Below are positions 13,627 to 24,470 of a stretch of DNA of 64,000 nucleotides, piece after piece (position 1 is the stretch's first letter; each line of letters begins with the position of its first letter). The DNA lies in assembly GCA_965112155.1 (NCBI GenBank), contig OZ218099.1. One strand, 5' to 3'. The DNA is from Podarcis liolepis. Lineage: Eukaryota. The position numbers and the translations under genes are program-made. The notes under the pieces were generated by a model. It made no database searches. It saw nothing but the letters and a program-made list of their open reading frames with translations, and was not told the origin of the DNA.

Positions 13627-15244
13627 ATGTGTTCACTGAGTTACCAGTAATTGTCATACAGATTATTACCAATAGGTGGCGCTACAACAGTAAGGGATAG
13701 CAGAGATTTAACAATTATTTCTTCCCCTGGGTAGAAAAGAGCTGTTCTGGGAAGCCACTGGTGTTGGTAAAATTCTCCAATGCCTTCAGGGTGCACCAGT
13801 GTTGTTTCCTAAGTGTGATGTGGCTGAAGGATGATAGTAAAACAACAAGCAGAGCCTAATTGCTATTTGAAAGCATAATTGAATCCAGAGTGATTCCGCA
13901 GCTGCTCCTTTAATACTGTGCTAATAGTAAAGCTCCCTGTTCCTCAACTTCCTAAAGGATGAGTTGTTACTGAGGTGAAGTAAACCGCAAGGAGTCAATG
14001 GGTAGCTTGAAAAATCCTGTTGGTGCCAAAAATTCTTTCACAGCAGCCCAGAATTTAGTTATGAAACTAACAAGGCCTAGTGAACTTAGTGCTTCCCTCC
14101 TGTGATTTCAGATAGCATGTCTTGGCAGCCAGAAAGGATACAATGGATAGAACAGTGACACCTAAAGCTGATGCAGTACCAGCAGTTCAGAAGTCTCCCA
14201 TAAATTTCTGTAGGACCAAATATTATGAATGGGTATAAAGTTAAATTCCACTTACAAGGCAGGATTGTACGGCTGTAGAGAGAAGAGGTACATTCGACTC
14301 CCCTGTTGCAACAGTTTTAGGAAAACTTCCAACTATTGTATACCTCTCCTGATAGTGAGAATTTATAGGTGGATATTTCGCATCAGCAATATTTCTTTTA
14401 AACAGAGAGAAAATGAGAAAAAAAAGTTATAAAGGAGGATCTACAGGAATTAGCTCTATGTATCTGTGATTGACATGAATCATTTGGGCTTTAGACCAGT
14501 GCTCTACCTAACTTGCAAGGGCCCAGTATGCTCTTCAGAAGAATGACTTAGTACTACACCAAGGCACCTGGCTAGCACAAATCACTGAAGCATCCAACTG
14601 GCCTTATTGGGTCATCTAGCCCAGCATTGTTTACTTTGATTGTACTGGCTTTCGACAGCTTGCTATCTCCCTTTTTAAAAAAAAACAACAGGAAAATGCC
14701 TTTTACTTCCTAAGTAAGGAAGACCCAGTATATAAGGACTGCAGGTTATCCCTACAGGATTCCTTTCCTGAAAGCTTGGCTGAGTCCACAGAAGACCTTC
14801 CACATACATCCCAGGATGCTGCATTCACTATCCTCTGTTGTACTAGAACTCCACCCAATCTATTTACTCACAAAACATCTCCCTAACAGGAATGAGATGT
14901 CCAGGTATAGGGCGGTATATAAATTCTAATTTAACAACCCACCACAGGCTATAAAACCTTTCCACATACTGAATGCAAGGTTATGAATTTAAGTAGCGAT
15001 TCCTTAGAACCTTTGTTAGTACTGTGTCTCCAGTAGCTGGCTATCAATTAGCTTCCGTGCAACAGTGGCTACTGTTAATGCTGTCTGTTGGCACAGGTCC
15101 CTGGTATTGTATCCTTGTTCCAGGATGAGACACACGATTTCAAAATTACAAATCATGGTTGTTTGCAAGTTACGACCAACATTTATGGTACAAGGGTTAC
15201 AGTTAGGATTATCAGGGTGGTGTTGTGAAGCACCCAGTAAAATA

Positions 15245-15453
15245 ACAGAATCATAAAATTGTAGAGTTGGAAGGGACCATTATAATAATACTAATTTATT
15301 ATTTATACCCCGCCCATCTGGCTGGGTTTCTCCAGCCACTCTAAGGGTCATTTAGTCCAAGCCTTGCAATGCAGGAATTTTTCACCCAACGTGGGGCTCA
15401 AACCCACAACCCTGAGATTAAGAGTCTCATGCTATACTGACTGAGCTATTCCA
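15245..15453 (-). mobile_element. tRNA-Lys(CTT)-derived SINE with CR1-like tail, interrupted by an L2-like tail
   Basis: Minus strand 15453-15383 reads TAGCTCAGTCAGTATAGCATGAGACTCTTAATCTCAGGGTTGTGGGTTTGAGCCCCACGTTGGG (tRNA-Lys-like); tail ggtcccttccaactctacaattttatgattct; foreign segment at 15279-15342. Confidence 0.8.
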
Positions 15454-17750
15454 ATACATTTCCTGTCAAAACGAAGTGATGCCCAACATCTTTCTGAGAT
15501 TTAGTACAAAAATCTTATTTTGCAACAGAATCAGAACCTGGCCTAAGAGTATTAAAACACTGTATTTCTCATGCGTCTTGTGTAGAAACAGATTGCAATG
15601 GCTTAGAACTCACAGACAGCTGCATTAGTATTCGATATTTTTAGAAGTACCTACCCAAGGAAGTCAGTTACGTCTGCTTGAAAAATTATAAAATTGACCC
15701 CATCAAGCCCCCTCAACAATCACCACTTCTTAATGAGCATCACGTTTAGTACTGATAACGTCACACAAGATGAATGTCCTACATGTAAATGCTTCCATGT
15801 AGAAAACACTAAGTGAAAGAAGGGATGAAAAGAGAAAGTACAGGTGACTCCCAATTTACATGGGGGTTACATTGCAAGGCGAAATCGTGTATATTTGAAA
15901 CACCATCGAAAAAGCCTCCAAACACCCTGTTCTACCCCTGCCCCTTTTTGTGATGTTTTCGGGTCACTTCTAGGTTTGGCGCGGTTGCGCACATATTGGA
16001 TGTGCCTAAAATGGTTGCTTGTGCCTAAAATGGTTGCTGTCTGTATTCCAAATGTGTAACAATAAAATTATCTTTTCTGTCTTTTTATTAATCTACCAAA
16101 GCAACACACGAAAAAAGTATACAACTGCCTTTCACAGCAACTTGCCAGGTGAGATTTCCTTTTGGTAAAGGAAATTCATATTGTGTGAAGCAGCTCTTAG
16201 TAGAAGTGCCTACTGAGCAGGTCTAAGTACTCAGTTAAAGAGTTTTGCAGAAATCCCCAGTCTTGTCTCTTGAAGCTCCCTGGGCAAACCTGGGCCACTC
16301 ATTACTGCATCGTGGTACCTTACACGGATGCTGCAGGGGTGAGGAAAAAAACAACATCCTAGACAAAAGCAGGATAGAAATATAAGAAGACTTAGAAGTT
16401 ACCTGAAAAGATGTCAAAAGTCAAGCCTTCAGAAGTGAAGTGACTGTCCTTCAGTCTTTTATGCCAGTAAAGCTAATCACTTCCCTAAATTGGTTGAAAG
16501 CCTTTTCAGCCTTGTGTCTGTGTTCTTCAACTATAAAGCTGTCTTGAGTGAAATCACAAAAGAAGACAAGACCCCAACATTTGGAAACTTCTCCAACTAG
16601 GAGGCTTACATGGTCATATACAAAGGAAGGTTTACAAAGCCAATCAAGAAGCATTCTTCAAAAGAACTGTTTATTGATACTGAAATTGTGTTTCATTACC
16701 TGGTTGACAAAACCTCGTGGTCCTTTAAAAAAATTATCACAACATTGTCTCACACTCTCTTCCTGTTCTGCTAAGTGTCCCCTCACCCAGTCCTCCAGCT
16801 GGGTGAGTTGTACCCTTTGGGATACTTTGGGGTTGGGTGTCAAGGCAAAACAGCTTAGGCCTTGCGAACCCACAAAAAAAAAAGAAAGGGAAGAAAAAGC
16901 ATCTCATCCCAGAGGAGAGGAAGAGGCTAATAATGATCTAACCAAAGAGAAAAAGCAGGCATCAGAAGAAATGTCAAGGGTCCCACAAAAAGCACCTTTT
17001 AAAATCAAACAGAACCAGCAACATATATTCTACTGTAGCAAGGAGTTCATTCCAACATCCTGTGAATGTATGGGCACCCCACCTAAGACAAAGCAGCTTT
17101 GTCATTTGAATCACCGCAAAAGGAAAATGAAGAACAACCAAAGGCTAAAGAACAGAAATGAAATTAATTCCCTCTGAGTCCTATGGAAAATCTGAGATAA
17201 TGCTTTTCCACAAGGTAGTCCACATACTAGTAGCAACCTGCTCTTTATCCCTAAAGCCATCACTGTCAAGAATTCAAGAGGTGGACCGAGTGGCTATGCT
17301 GTTATTAAAAAGGCTTTAAGCTGCTGGTTCTGCGAATGCCTAACCCAGCAACTTGTTTTGGCAGAGCTCCTCAGGGCTACCAAATCTGTAAGGAGGGAGG
17401 TTTAATACAGCAAAGCATTTGTTTAAAGTGCTTGCTCATTTAATCAACAACAAAGCCAACTCTGAAAGGAAAAGGGGGAGTTGCAGAGTTGTTTTGACAA
17501 CCAATGCTGCCAAGGTAAAATAAAATCAAGAGGGAAAGTGCTGTGTTGCTTGCTGAGCTTGCTCTGGGATGCCCTGGTGGGCTTATACAGTGGTCTAGCA
17601 GTTATAGCTCAAAAACAGGAGCCACGCTGGGCAAGCCAGGGCCCCACACAGGTTGACTGGAACTGCCAGCCAGAAGGAGCCAAACACGCACACACATACA
17701 TGTGATAATAGCCACAATGGCAGCTACTTCTTGGAGATTTTGCAGGTTGC

Positions 17751-17756
17751 TTTATT
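17751..17756 (-). terminator. Candidate proximal TMEM115 poly(A) signal
   Basis: AATAAA on the minus strand about 330 nt after the stop; further candidates at 16670-16675 and 16084-16089. Confidence 0.45.
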
Positions 17757-18085
17757 AAGATGAACACTCCTTATTGGGCAGAAGAGATGCGGCTCTCCCT
17801 CTGGCCTGCCAATTCTGAGAAATTCTCAATTCCAGGCATCCCTCTGATGACAACAGCCCAAATCCCAGATCTGTGCAAACAGTTTTCACCATGAGTCCTG
17901 GGACTTGGCACCAGCCAAGTGTGGCGAACAAACGTTGGAAGGGATGTGTGGTCTCCCTCAGGGCCAGCAGGCACAGTGTTTTGCTTCCTGCAGAACAGGC
18001 AGCACTGTGAGGAAGGACATGTGAAGGATCATTAGCAGCTCTGGCATACAGGGACACGTAGAAGAGGAGGGCAGGTGCCTCATGG

Positions 18086-18293
18086 TCACAACTGAGAGGG
18101 GGCATCCTCAAAGGTAATGAGGCTGGACTCCTGGCTGCCTGCTTTCCCTGCAGTGACAGAGTCCCGGCTCTTCTCGGGTAGCAATGGAGTATCAGCCTTG
18201 ATGTTTTCTTCTTCTTCATCCTCCATGCTGGGCCATGACGACTGATCTTCTACACGCTTCAACCGCTCATTCAGTGCCTTCAGGGCCAGTTGT
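18086..18293 (-). CDS. TMEM115: TMEM115 last coding exon (208 nt)
   Basis: (R)QLALKALNERLKRVEDQSSWPSMEDEEEE...ESSLITFEDAPSQL*; acceptor ttctgtAG at 18294-18295. Confidence 0.96.
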
Positions 18294-18549
18294 CTACAGA
18301 ATGAGAAAATGACCCATAGTGAATGTAGGTTAGTTTGCATATTAAGTGGCATATTTCACGAGAGGGGTATTTTCTAGTGCAAGTCACCAAAGGAGTCCAG
18401 AGACCCTCTAAGGCTGGGAAGGCCACAGACACCCTTGGCCAACCCTCCAAGGATAGAAAGCACAACCCCAATCATGTGCATTGAGAGTGGAATTGGAAAC
18501 GGCTCTGCGAGCAACAGCATGCAATGATGTGCCGTTGCAATCAGGGATT

Positions 18550-19277
18550 TTGTTGGCATCTGTCTGTCATGAGAGACAATGGAATGTGTCTCTGGGGTGA
18601 AGTCAAACTACTGCACACATCGTGCTCCTTCTGGGGCAGCTGGTCCACCTTTGGTCCCCATCCTGCACTCAACTCTCACCTGTGGCTCCTAGAAACTGTC
18701 AGCATAAGACAGCGGCCACACCCCAAGAAACCAGATGAGGGTAGCTGATGGGTCTCAAACCCTTAGTGAGTTAGGGACTTCCTTTGCATGCAGAGACAGG
18801 CTCCAGCGGATAGAGCGGATGAGTGGTCAAGAAGGCAGTTTCTACACATGCTGTAGAGGGAAGTGATAGGCAGATGGGGCTTGTCAACCTGGGAAGGCAA
18901 AACATCTATGAGAAGGAAAACTCTGATTCTAAACCTCTGCTGCCTTGTGGGCTATCTCCAGGAGATGAAAAAGCTCAGGAGTAAACCCTACACAAATCTG
19001 GAGGAAGTCCCTAAGACTGTTGGATGGTTCCTCGTATGCCTCTTTCTGGCAACTCCTGCAGCCATGCTGGTACCAAACATTGCTCTGCTTCATTTTGGAT
19101 CACATCAGGGAGGCCAAGAGGGGGTTGTCGCTGTCTGAGCAGCCCAGGACCACCATACACACTTCCCAGGCTTGAGGCCTGGGGAGGTCACTTCGGTGCT
19201 GCTAACACGGCGGTTTTACTTCACCCCTCTTAGGTCCATTCCATTGTTTCTCGATACAGACGGATGCCAACAACAAC
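18550..19277. mobile_element. About 720-bp repeat bounded by ~60-bp imperfect inverted repeats and ending in (CAA)n; possibly Vingi/RTE-related
   Basis: 18550-18612 is the reverse complement of 19207-19273; the interior gagaaggaaaactctgattctaaacctctgctgcc resembles RTE/Vingi 5' regions (from memory). Confidence 0.5.
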
Positions 19278-21257
19278 CATTTTAGAAATGTTGTATTTCC
19301 TCATTTTCACCTAAAAACAGCATTCAAGGCTACATTCAGCTATTTTGATAACCTTCAAAGGCATGAGGAACCTGTGACCTCCAGATGTCACTGGCCTCTA
19401 AATTCTGTCACCCCGTCCATTAGTCATGCTGTTTGGGGCTGATAGGAGCTGGATTCTACCAGCATATGTACAGCTACGAGTTCTCATATGTACCAGCACT
19501 TAACCTTGATATTCAGAGATAACCTTGATATTCAGAGAAGAGGTAGTCTGTTGCTGGGTCCTATCTACTTCTGCCTTTGATACAATCAAATAATTATTTA
19601 GATCTGCACCAAATTGCTCATCGTAATCAAATAGTCATCATTCAATTGTTCCAATATGCATGCTGAACACCTAAAAAACAGGGGTGGCTAACCTTGGGCC
19701 CTCCAGGGATTGCTGACCTGCAGTGTCCATCATTCCTGAGCATTGGCCATGCTGGCTGGGGGCGCTGATGGAGAGTTTGAGGCCAACAATATTTGGAGCA
19801 TCCCTATCTTACAGAATATTCCCTTTCATGAGGTGAATATTTTACTAGCACAAAGTGAATACATGTGGACTCTTTGCCTTCCTAGAAGAAAATAGTAAGG
19901 GATTTGTCATATCCATTCTGCCTGGAGCTCCTGTGCGAGCAAGGCTTCCTTTGTGCCAAGCAGAGCTCTAAGCATGCCATTGGGACATGTGGGATAAGCT
20001 TCTCCTAAGCTGAAGAAAGCTGGCAAGCCTTTAACAGACACAATAGATCTTCTGCATATGTAATTGGGACAATAGTTGGCTCAAATGGGCATTAGCACAG
20101 TGTTGTACTAGGTGATTTTAACACCTATATTTTAGGCAATACAGTTAAAAATTACACCTAGCTTTGTTAAAAATGCTTCAGAGCTGAACACTGCTGAAAG
20201 CTGTATTAGTGGAACACACTGCACAGTTATATCTACACATATAGCGCTATTAACTGCCTGACAACTTGACTTAATCATTCAATTTGCTCCAGGCATTCAG
20301 AGTTCTGCATTTTGATGGTGTAAAGTGCACAATAATGACTTTCATCATCAGATTCTTTCATTTGGAAATGCGAAACTAAGTTAAAAGCAAGAGACATATA
20401 TAGGTGTGGCAATTACTGAAATTAGTTAGACTACTAAAATTCTGGATTACTACAGTCTTCAAACAGGACTGAAGCAAGAAAAAGTATACATACACTTGTG
20501 CATTTTTAAAAATGTATGCCAGTAATCTGTGAAAAGCACAATAAGATTTTAAGTTGGATACTCGCTGGCAGTGTTTAACTAGATAGTTTGCAAAGAAAAG
20601 TTTTTGGTTGTTTATGAACCAAAAACAGATCTTATAATTTCTTTTTTAAAGAAACGTTATTGGAGTTAGTGTGACTACAAAAACATGACTACAACTGAAC
20701 TAAGCTTTAAGTGTCAATATGCAGCACCACTGCAAAGGACAAGCTGGCTGCAATCCTGTGGCGGGACTTACTCCCAGGTAAATGTAGAAACTCAGAACTG
20801 CACTGCTAAGCTCTTCAGTTTGACAAAGGAGTAAATTTTATTGTTTTTATTTCAGAAGCAGTGCTATTCTCATACTCCTTAATTACACCTACGTTTACTA
20901 GAAGAGCATCTAAATATTCATTAATATACTTATTATAACAATTAAATATTAATAGTCTTGACTTTTTAAAGATTTTTGCTTGTTTTTTTAAACAAGTGTT
21001 TGGATGGATTAAATGTTTTTGTATGGATTCTGTGCACAAATAAAAAATTAATGCAACTTCTCTTTATGGGTCTTAACTCTTTAGTGTATTTGCAGTCAGT
21101 GTTAGAATTTCTGACACATAAATGTAGGTTACGGGCACCACAATGGAATGTCTAGGCTCCTTTTCCCCAGTTGAATTTATTACTATTATTATTACTTAAA
21201 TTTCTATACTGGTTTATATTCTAAAGAATGAAATGCAACGCAGTTTACTACACATTA

Positions 21258-21497
21258 CAGTGGTACCTCGGGTTACATACGCTTCAGGTTACATACACCA
21301 GGTTACAGACTCCGTTAACCCAGAAATAGTACTTCGGGTTAAGAACTTTGCTTCAGGATGAGAACGGAAATCATGCTCCGGCGGCGCGGCGGCAGCAGGA
21401 GGCCCCATAGGCTAAAGTGGTGCTTCAGGTTAAGAACAGTTTCAGGTTAAGAACGGACCTCCGGAACGAATTAAGTACTTAACCCAAGGTACCACTG
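21258..21497 (+). mobile_element. Tc1/mariner (Tigger-like) MITE, copy 1
   Basis: TIR cagtggtacctcgggtta...taacccaaggtaccactg, TA TSD on both sides. Confidence 0.9.
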
Positions 21498-21954
21498 TAC
21501 TTAGTATGCCCTTGTGCACTCAGTGATTCAGCAAACAGTACGTGCTGGGCTGTCCCTGCAGGGAACACTTGTGTGGTACAATTCCTTCATGTCACTTCAG
21601 ATATGTATGCAAACAGATGGGAAACGTGATAGTTTGAGGTCCCAATGTTTAGTTTCCCCCATGTACTTGCGTACTTGACTCCCTTTTACATATTGCAGAA
21701 ACAACATGGTGCTGTGGAAATGCAGGGGTTGTCTGTAGCAGATTTTAGAAAATCTGAAAATACACCACAAACAGTGTTAGAAACTAGCCAGGCAACAGGT
21801 TCATCTTGGCTTGGGTCCACTTGCGACCACGTGGAGATCTCTGGATGCCAGGCTGGTGATTGGGGAAAGCAAAATGTCACTTAGAGAAGAACCTGAAATA
21901 TTTTCCTTGAAGCTTGAATTTGTTTTATTCTGGATTGTTTTGTTTGATGTTATA

Positions 21955-22173
21955 CAGTGGTACCATGGGTTAAGTACTTAATTCGTTCCGGAGGTCCGTT
22001 CTTAACCTGAAGCATCACTTTAGCTAATGGGGCCTCCTGCCGCGCCGTCAGAGCACGATTTCTGTTCTCATCCTGAAGCAAAGTTCTTAACCTGAGGTAC
22101 TATTTCTGGGTTAGTGGAGTCTGTAACCTGAAGCGTATGTAACCTGAAGCGTATGTAACCTGAGGTACCACTG
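21955..22173 (-). mobile_element. Tc1/mariner (Tigger-like) MITE, copy 2, inverted relative to copy 1
   Basis: Same TIRs and TA TSD; the interior is the reverse complement of copy 1. Confidence 0.9.
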
Positions 22174-22424
22174 TACATCAGCCTGCTGACTACAACTGGG
22201 CTACTCCTATACAAAGACAGAACAAGCACACTGAGCTTCAAAAAATCTTGAATCCCCAGATTTTGATTTTTTTTAAAGATCCAGATAGGCACAAATGGAG
22301 TACCAGCAATATAGAAGACACTTTTAAAATATTGAATTAGATGACTTCCTCCATTTCCTTCTCACCAATGTTCAACAGTGAACATAAGTAGTCTCCAAAA
22401 AGTTTTATATTGCAGGAATATTAC

Positions 22425-23278
22425 CTTCTCCGTTCAGCATCCTGAGGATCTGTTCCTGGTAAGCTGATAGTAATAGATGAAGGGGCACCAACATCATAAC
22501 GTTTCACTGTTTTTCGACAGACTTTCACTTTGACCAAGACGCTGTGCACAAGGTTGGCTAGCAAGCCAACCACTGGTTGTAGGATCTCAGGGAAAAATGT
22601 GGCAAATGCAAAGTGGTCTGACATATCACCACGTCCTCGGCTGTGCCTCTGGTAAAAACGGAGATATATCCAACTGGAGAGGACTCCAAAACCATAAGAG
22701 GCCAAGACATTGCTTTCGATGAGGGTGGTCAATCTCAGAACTGCCAGGATCAGGAGCAAAAGCATGGGAACAACCTTCATCCGCACCTGAGGTACCTTCA
22801 AGACAGTACTGTCACCCATGGTCTGTTTGAGAGCCACCAAGACTCCACCAAGGAAGCCCAGCATGCCATAGATGCGAACGGTAAACAGGTAAGACAGATT
22901 GAATGATTCCATATAGGTGAGAAGATAAGCAAAGGCCCCCAAGAGCCCCACTGATACATTCACCACTGCAAAGAAGATCAAGAGCTCCAGGGCTCCCCAT
23001 AGCGGCTCCAGCAGCCTCCCTGCCACCACTATAGTAGCCAGGCTCACACCTACATCCCAGATGTGTTGTTCCACCACACTGTGGGTTGCTAATGTCCAAA
23101 TCCAAAAGTTGGGTGGGAAGAGAAACCCAGGCGTCACCCCAAGCCCATACACAGTGTCCACAGCAAAGGAGAGAAAGTAGAGCAAGATGACGATGGCACA
23201 TATGGACTTCACCACGACACTGGTGCTGGCCAGAGCAGCCAAGAAGTGTTGCCGAGCTACTGGGAGGTATCTGTTCAT
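22425..23278 (-). CDS. TMEM115: TMEM115 main coding exon (854 nt CDS; Golgi rhomboid-like pseudoprotease, total 353 aa)
   Basis: ATG at 23278, MNRYLPVARQHFL...GVTPGFLFPPNFWIWTLATH...YLRFYQRHSRGRGDMSDHFAFATFFPEILQP...DPQDAERR; donor AG|GTAATA at 22425/22424; 854+208=1062 nt. Confidence 0.97.
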
Positions 23279-23299
23279 CTTTATACCCACAAGCCCTGC

Positions 23300-24470
23300 C
23301 CCACGCGTCAGGGTCCGAGGTCCAAGAGTCTTCGCTTTAGGGGCGAGGCGTTAAGGCGTTGGTGGTGGCCCGGAAAACCCCTTCTTTTCTTTAGCACGGA
23401 TTCGCGGTCGATTCCATCGCCGCCTTCCACGGATCGCCCAAACGGAGGCGACAGCTGATTAAGCCACAGGCCGCTCTGTATGGAGGAGGAGGAGGAAGGA
23501 AAGGCGTTCTCTTTTTATCCGGCCTCGTCCCAAATGGGAAAAACCAGCAGCCGCCGCGCCCCACTTTCCTTTGCTTCCGAGCGAGGACCGCTGCACCCTC
23601 TCCTCGCAGCACCCTCGCGCGGCCCAGTCGAGGGCGGCCCCCTTAGCGGAGCGGAGCGAGAGAGGCGCTCGCTCCGGAGCTCACGGGACGGCCAAAGCGG
23701 AGGCGCAGCTCGCTCCCTCCCGCAGCCGAGCCCCTCGCAAGCCCCATTCAGCCCGCCGGCGGGGGCGGGGGCCGCTCAGGGAAGGCCTCCCTTCGGCCTG
23801 CTCGCCGCCGGAAGCCGGAGCCTCGGCCGCTCTGCTTGAGGCCGACTCCCAGGAGCCTTCTCGCCGCCACTTCCCTCTTCCAGGCCAGCACTCCGCTCCT
23901 CGGAAGGGCTCCGCTCAGACGCAAACAAACAGCACGGCTGCGCACGCGTGGCTGTTCTATGAGCTGCGCGGGGCACGCCGGGAAATGGAGGCTCGGCCCT
24001 CGCGCGCGGCGGGCGCTGGCCGCGGCGAGACGACTACGAATCCCAGCATGCATTGGGATGCGGGGTCTGCGCAGGGAAGCGCGGGAGTGCGAGCGGGGCG
24101 GGACAAAGAGGCACCTGAGAGGCGGGGGCTTAGGAGGCGTCCCGGCTGCGAGGAAAGAGCGCGGTGGGGTGGGGCGCGGCTCTTGCGGCCCAAAGCGCAA
24201 CGGTCGTTGGCGAGCGGATGAGGAAGCTAGTCTCGCCGCTGGGCGGAATGGCGGCGTCACCCGCAGGATCTCCTCCTCCTGTTTGCTTTGCCTCGTCACA
24301 GTAACTTGTGCTTGGCAAAGGACCGAAATCATTGGCACGTGCCTGCAGGAATAGGGAGCCCGCCCTCCTGGGTGCGGGGTTGGCGGAGGGGCGCAGCCCT
24401 CGCCTCAGCATTTTTAGTCGCAAGTGAAATCCATTCCGTTTGGTTTAATGGCGCCGCCCTGGCGAGTAAA
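23300..24470 (-). promoter_or_regulatory. CpG-island promoter of TMEM115
   Basis: Very high GC/CpG; ZNF143/THAP11-type motif ACTACGAATCCCAGCATGCA (24033-24052), NRF1-like TGCGCACGCG (23939-23948), ETS CCGGAAG, GC boxes. Confidence 0.85.

Noticed and set aside
15383-15453. tRNA-Lys(CTT) gene
   Set aside because: Acceptor stem and T-loop are degenerate (GGTTTGA) and it is fused to a CR1-like tail, so it is a SINE head.
16548-17177. 209-aa + strand ORF
   Set aside because: GTG start, K/Q-biased composition, no recognisable domain; it is the antisense of the U-rich TMEM115 3' region.
19501-19538. Short tandem duplications (19 bp here; also near 16001-16038 and 34133-34164)
   Set aside because: Two-unit slippage duplications with no spacers; not CRISPR-like or otherwise informative.
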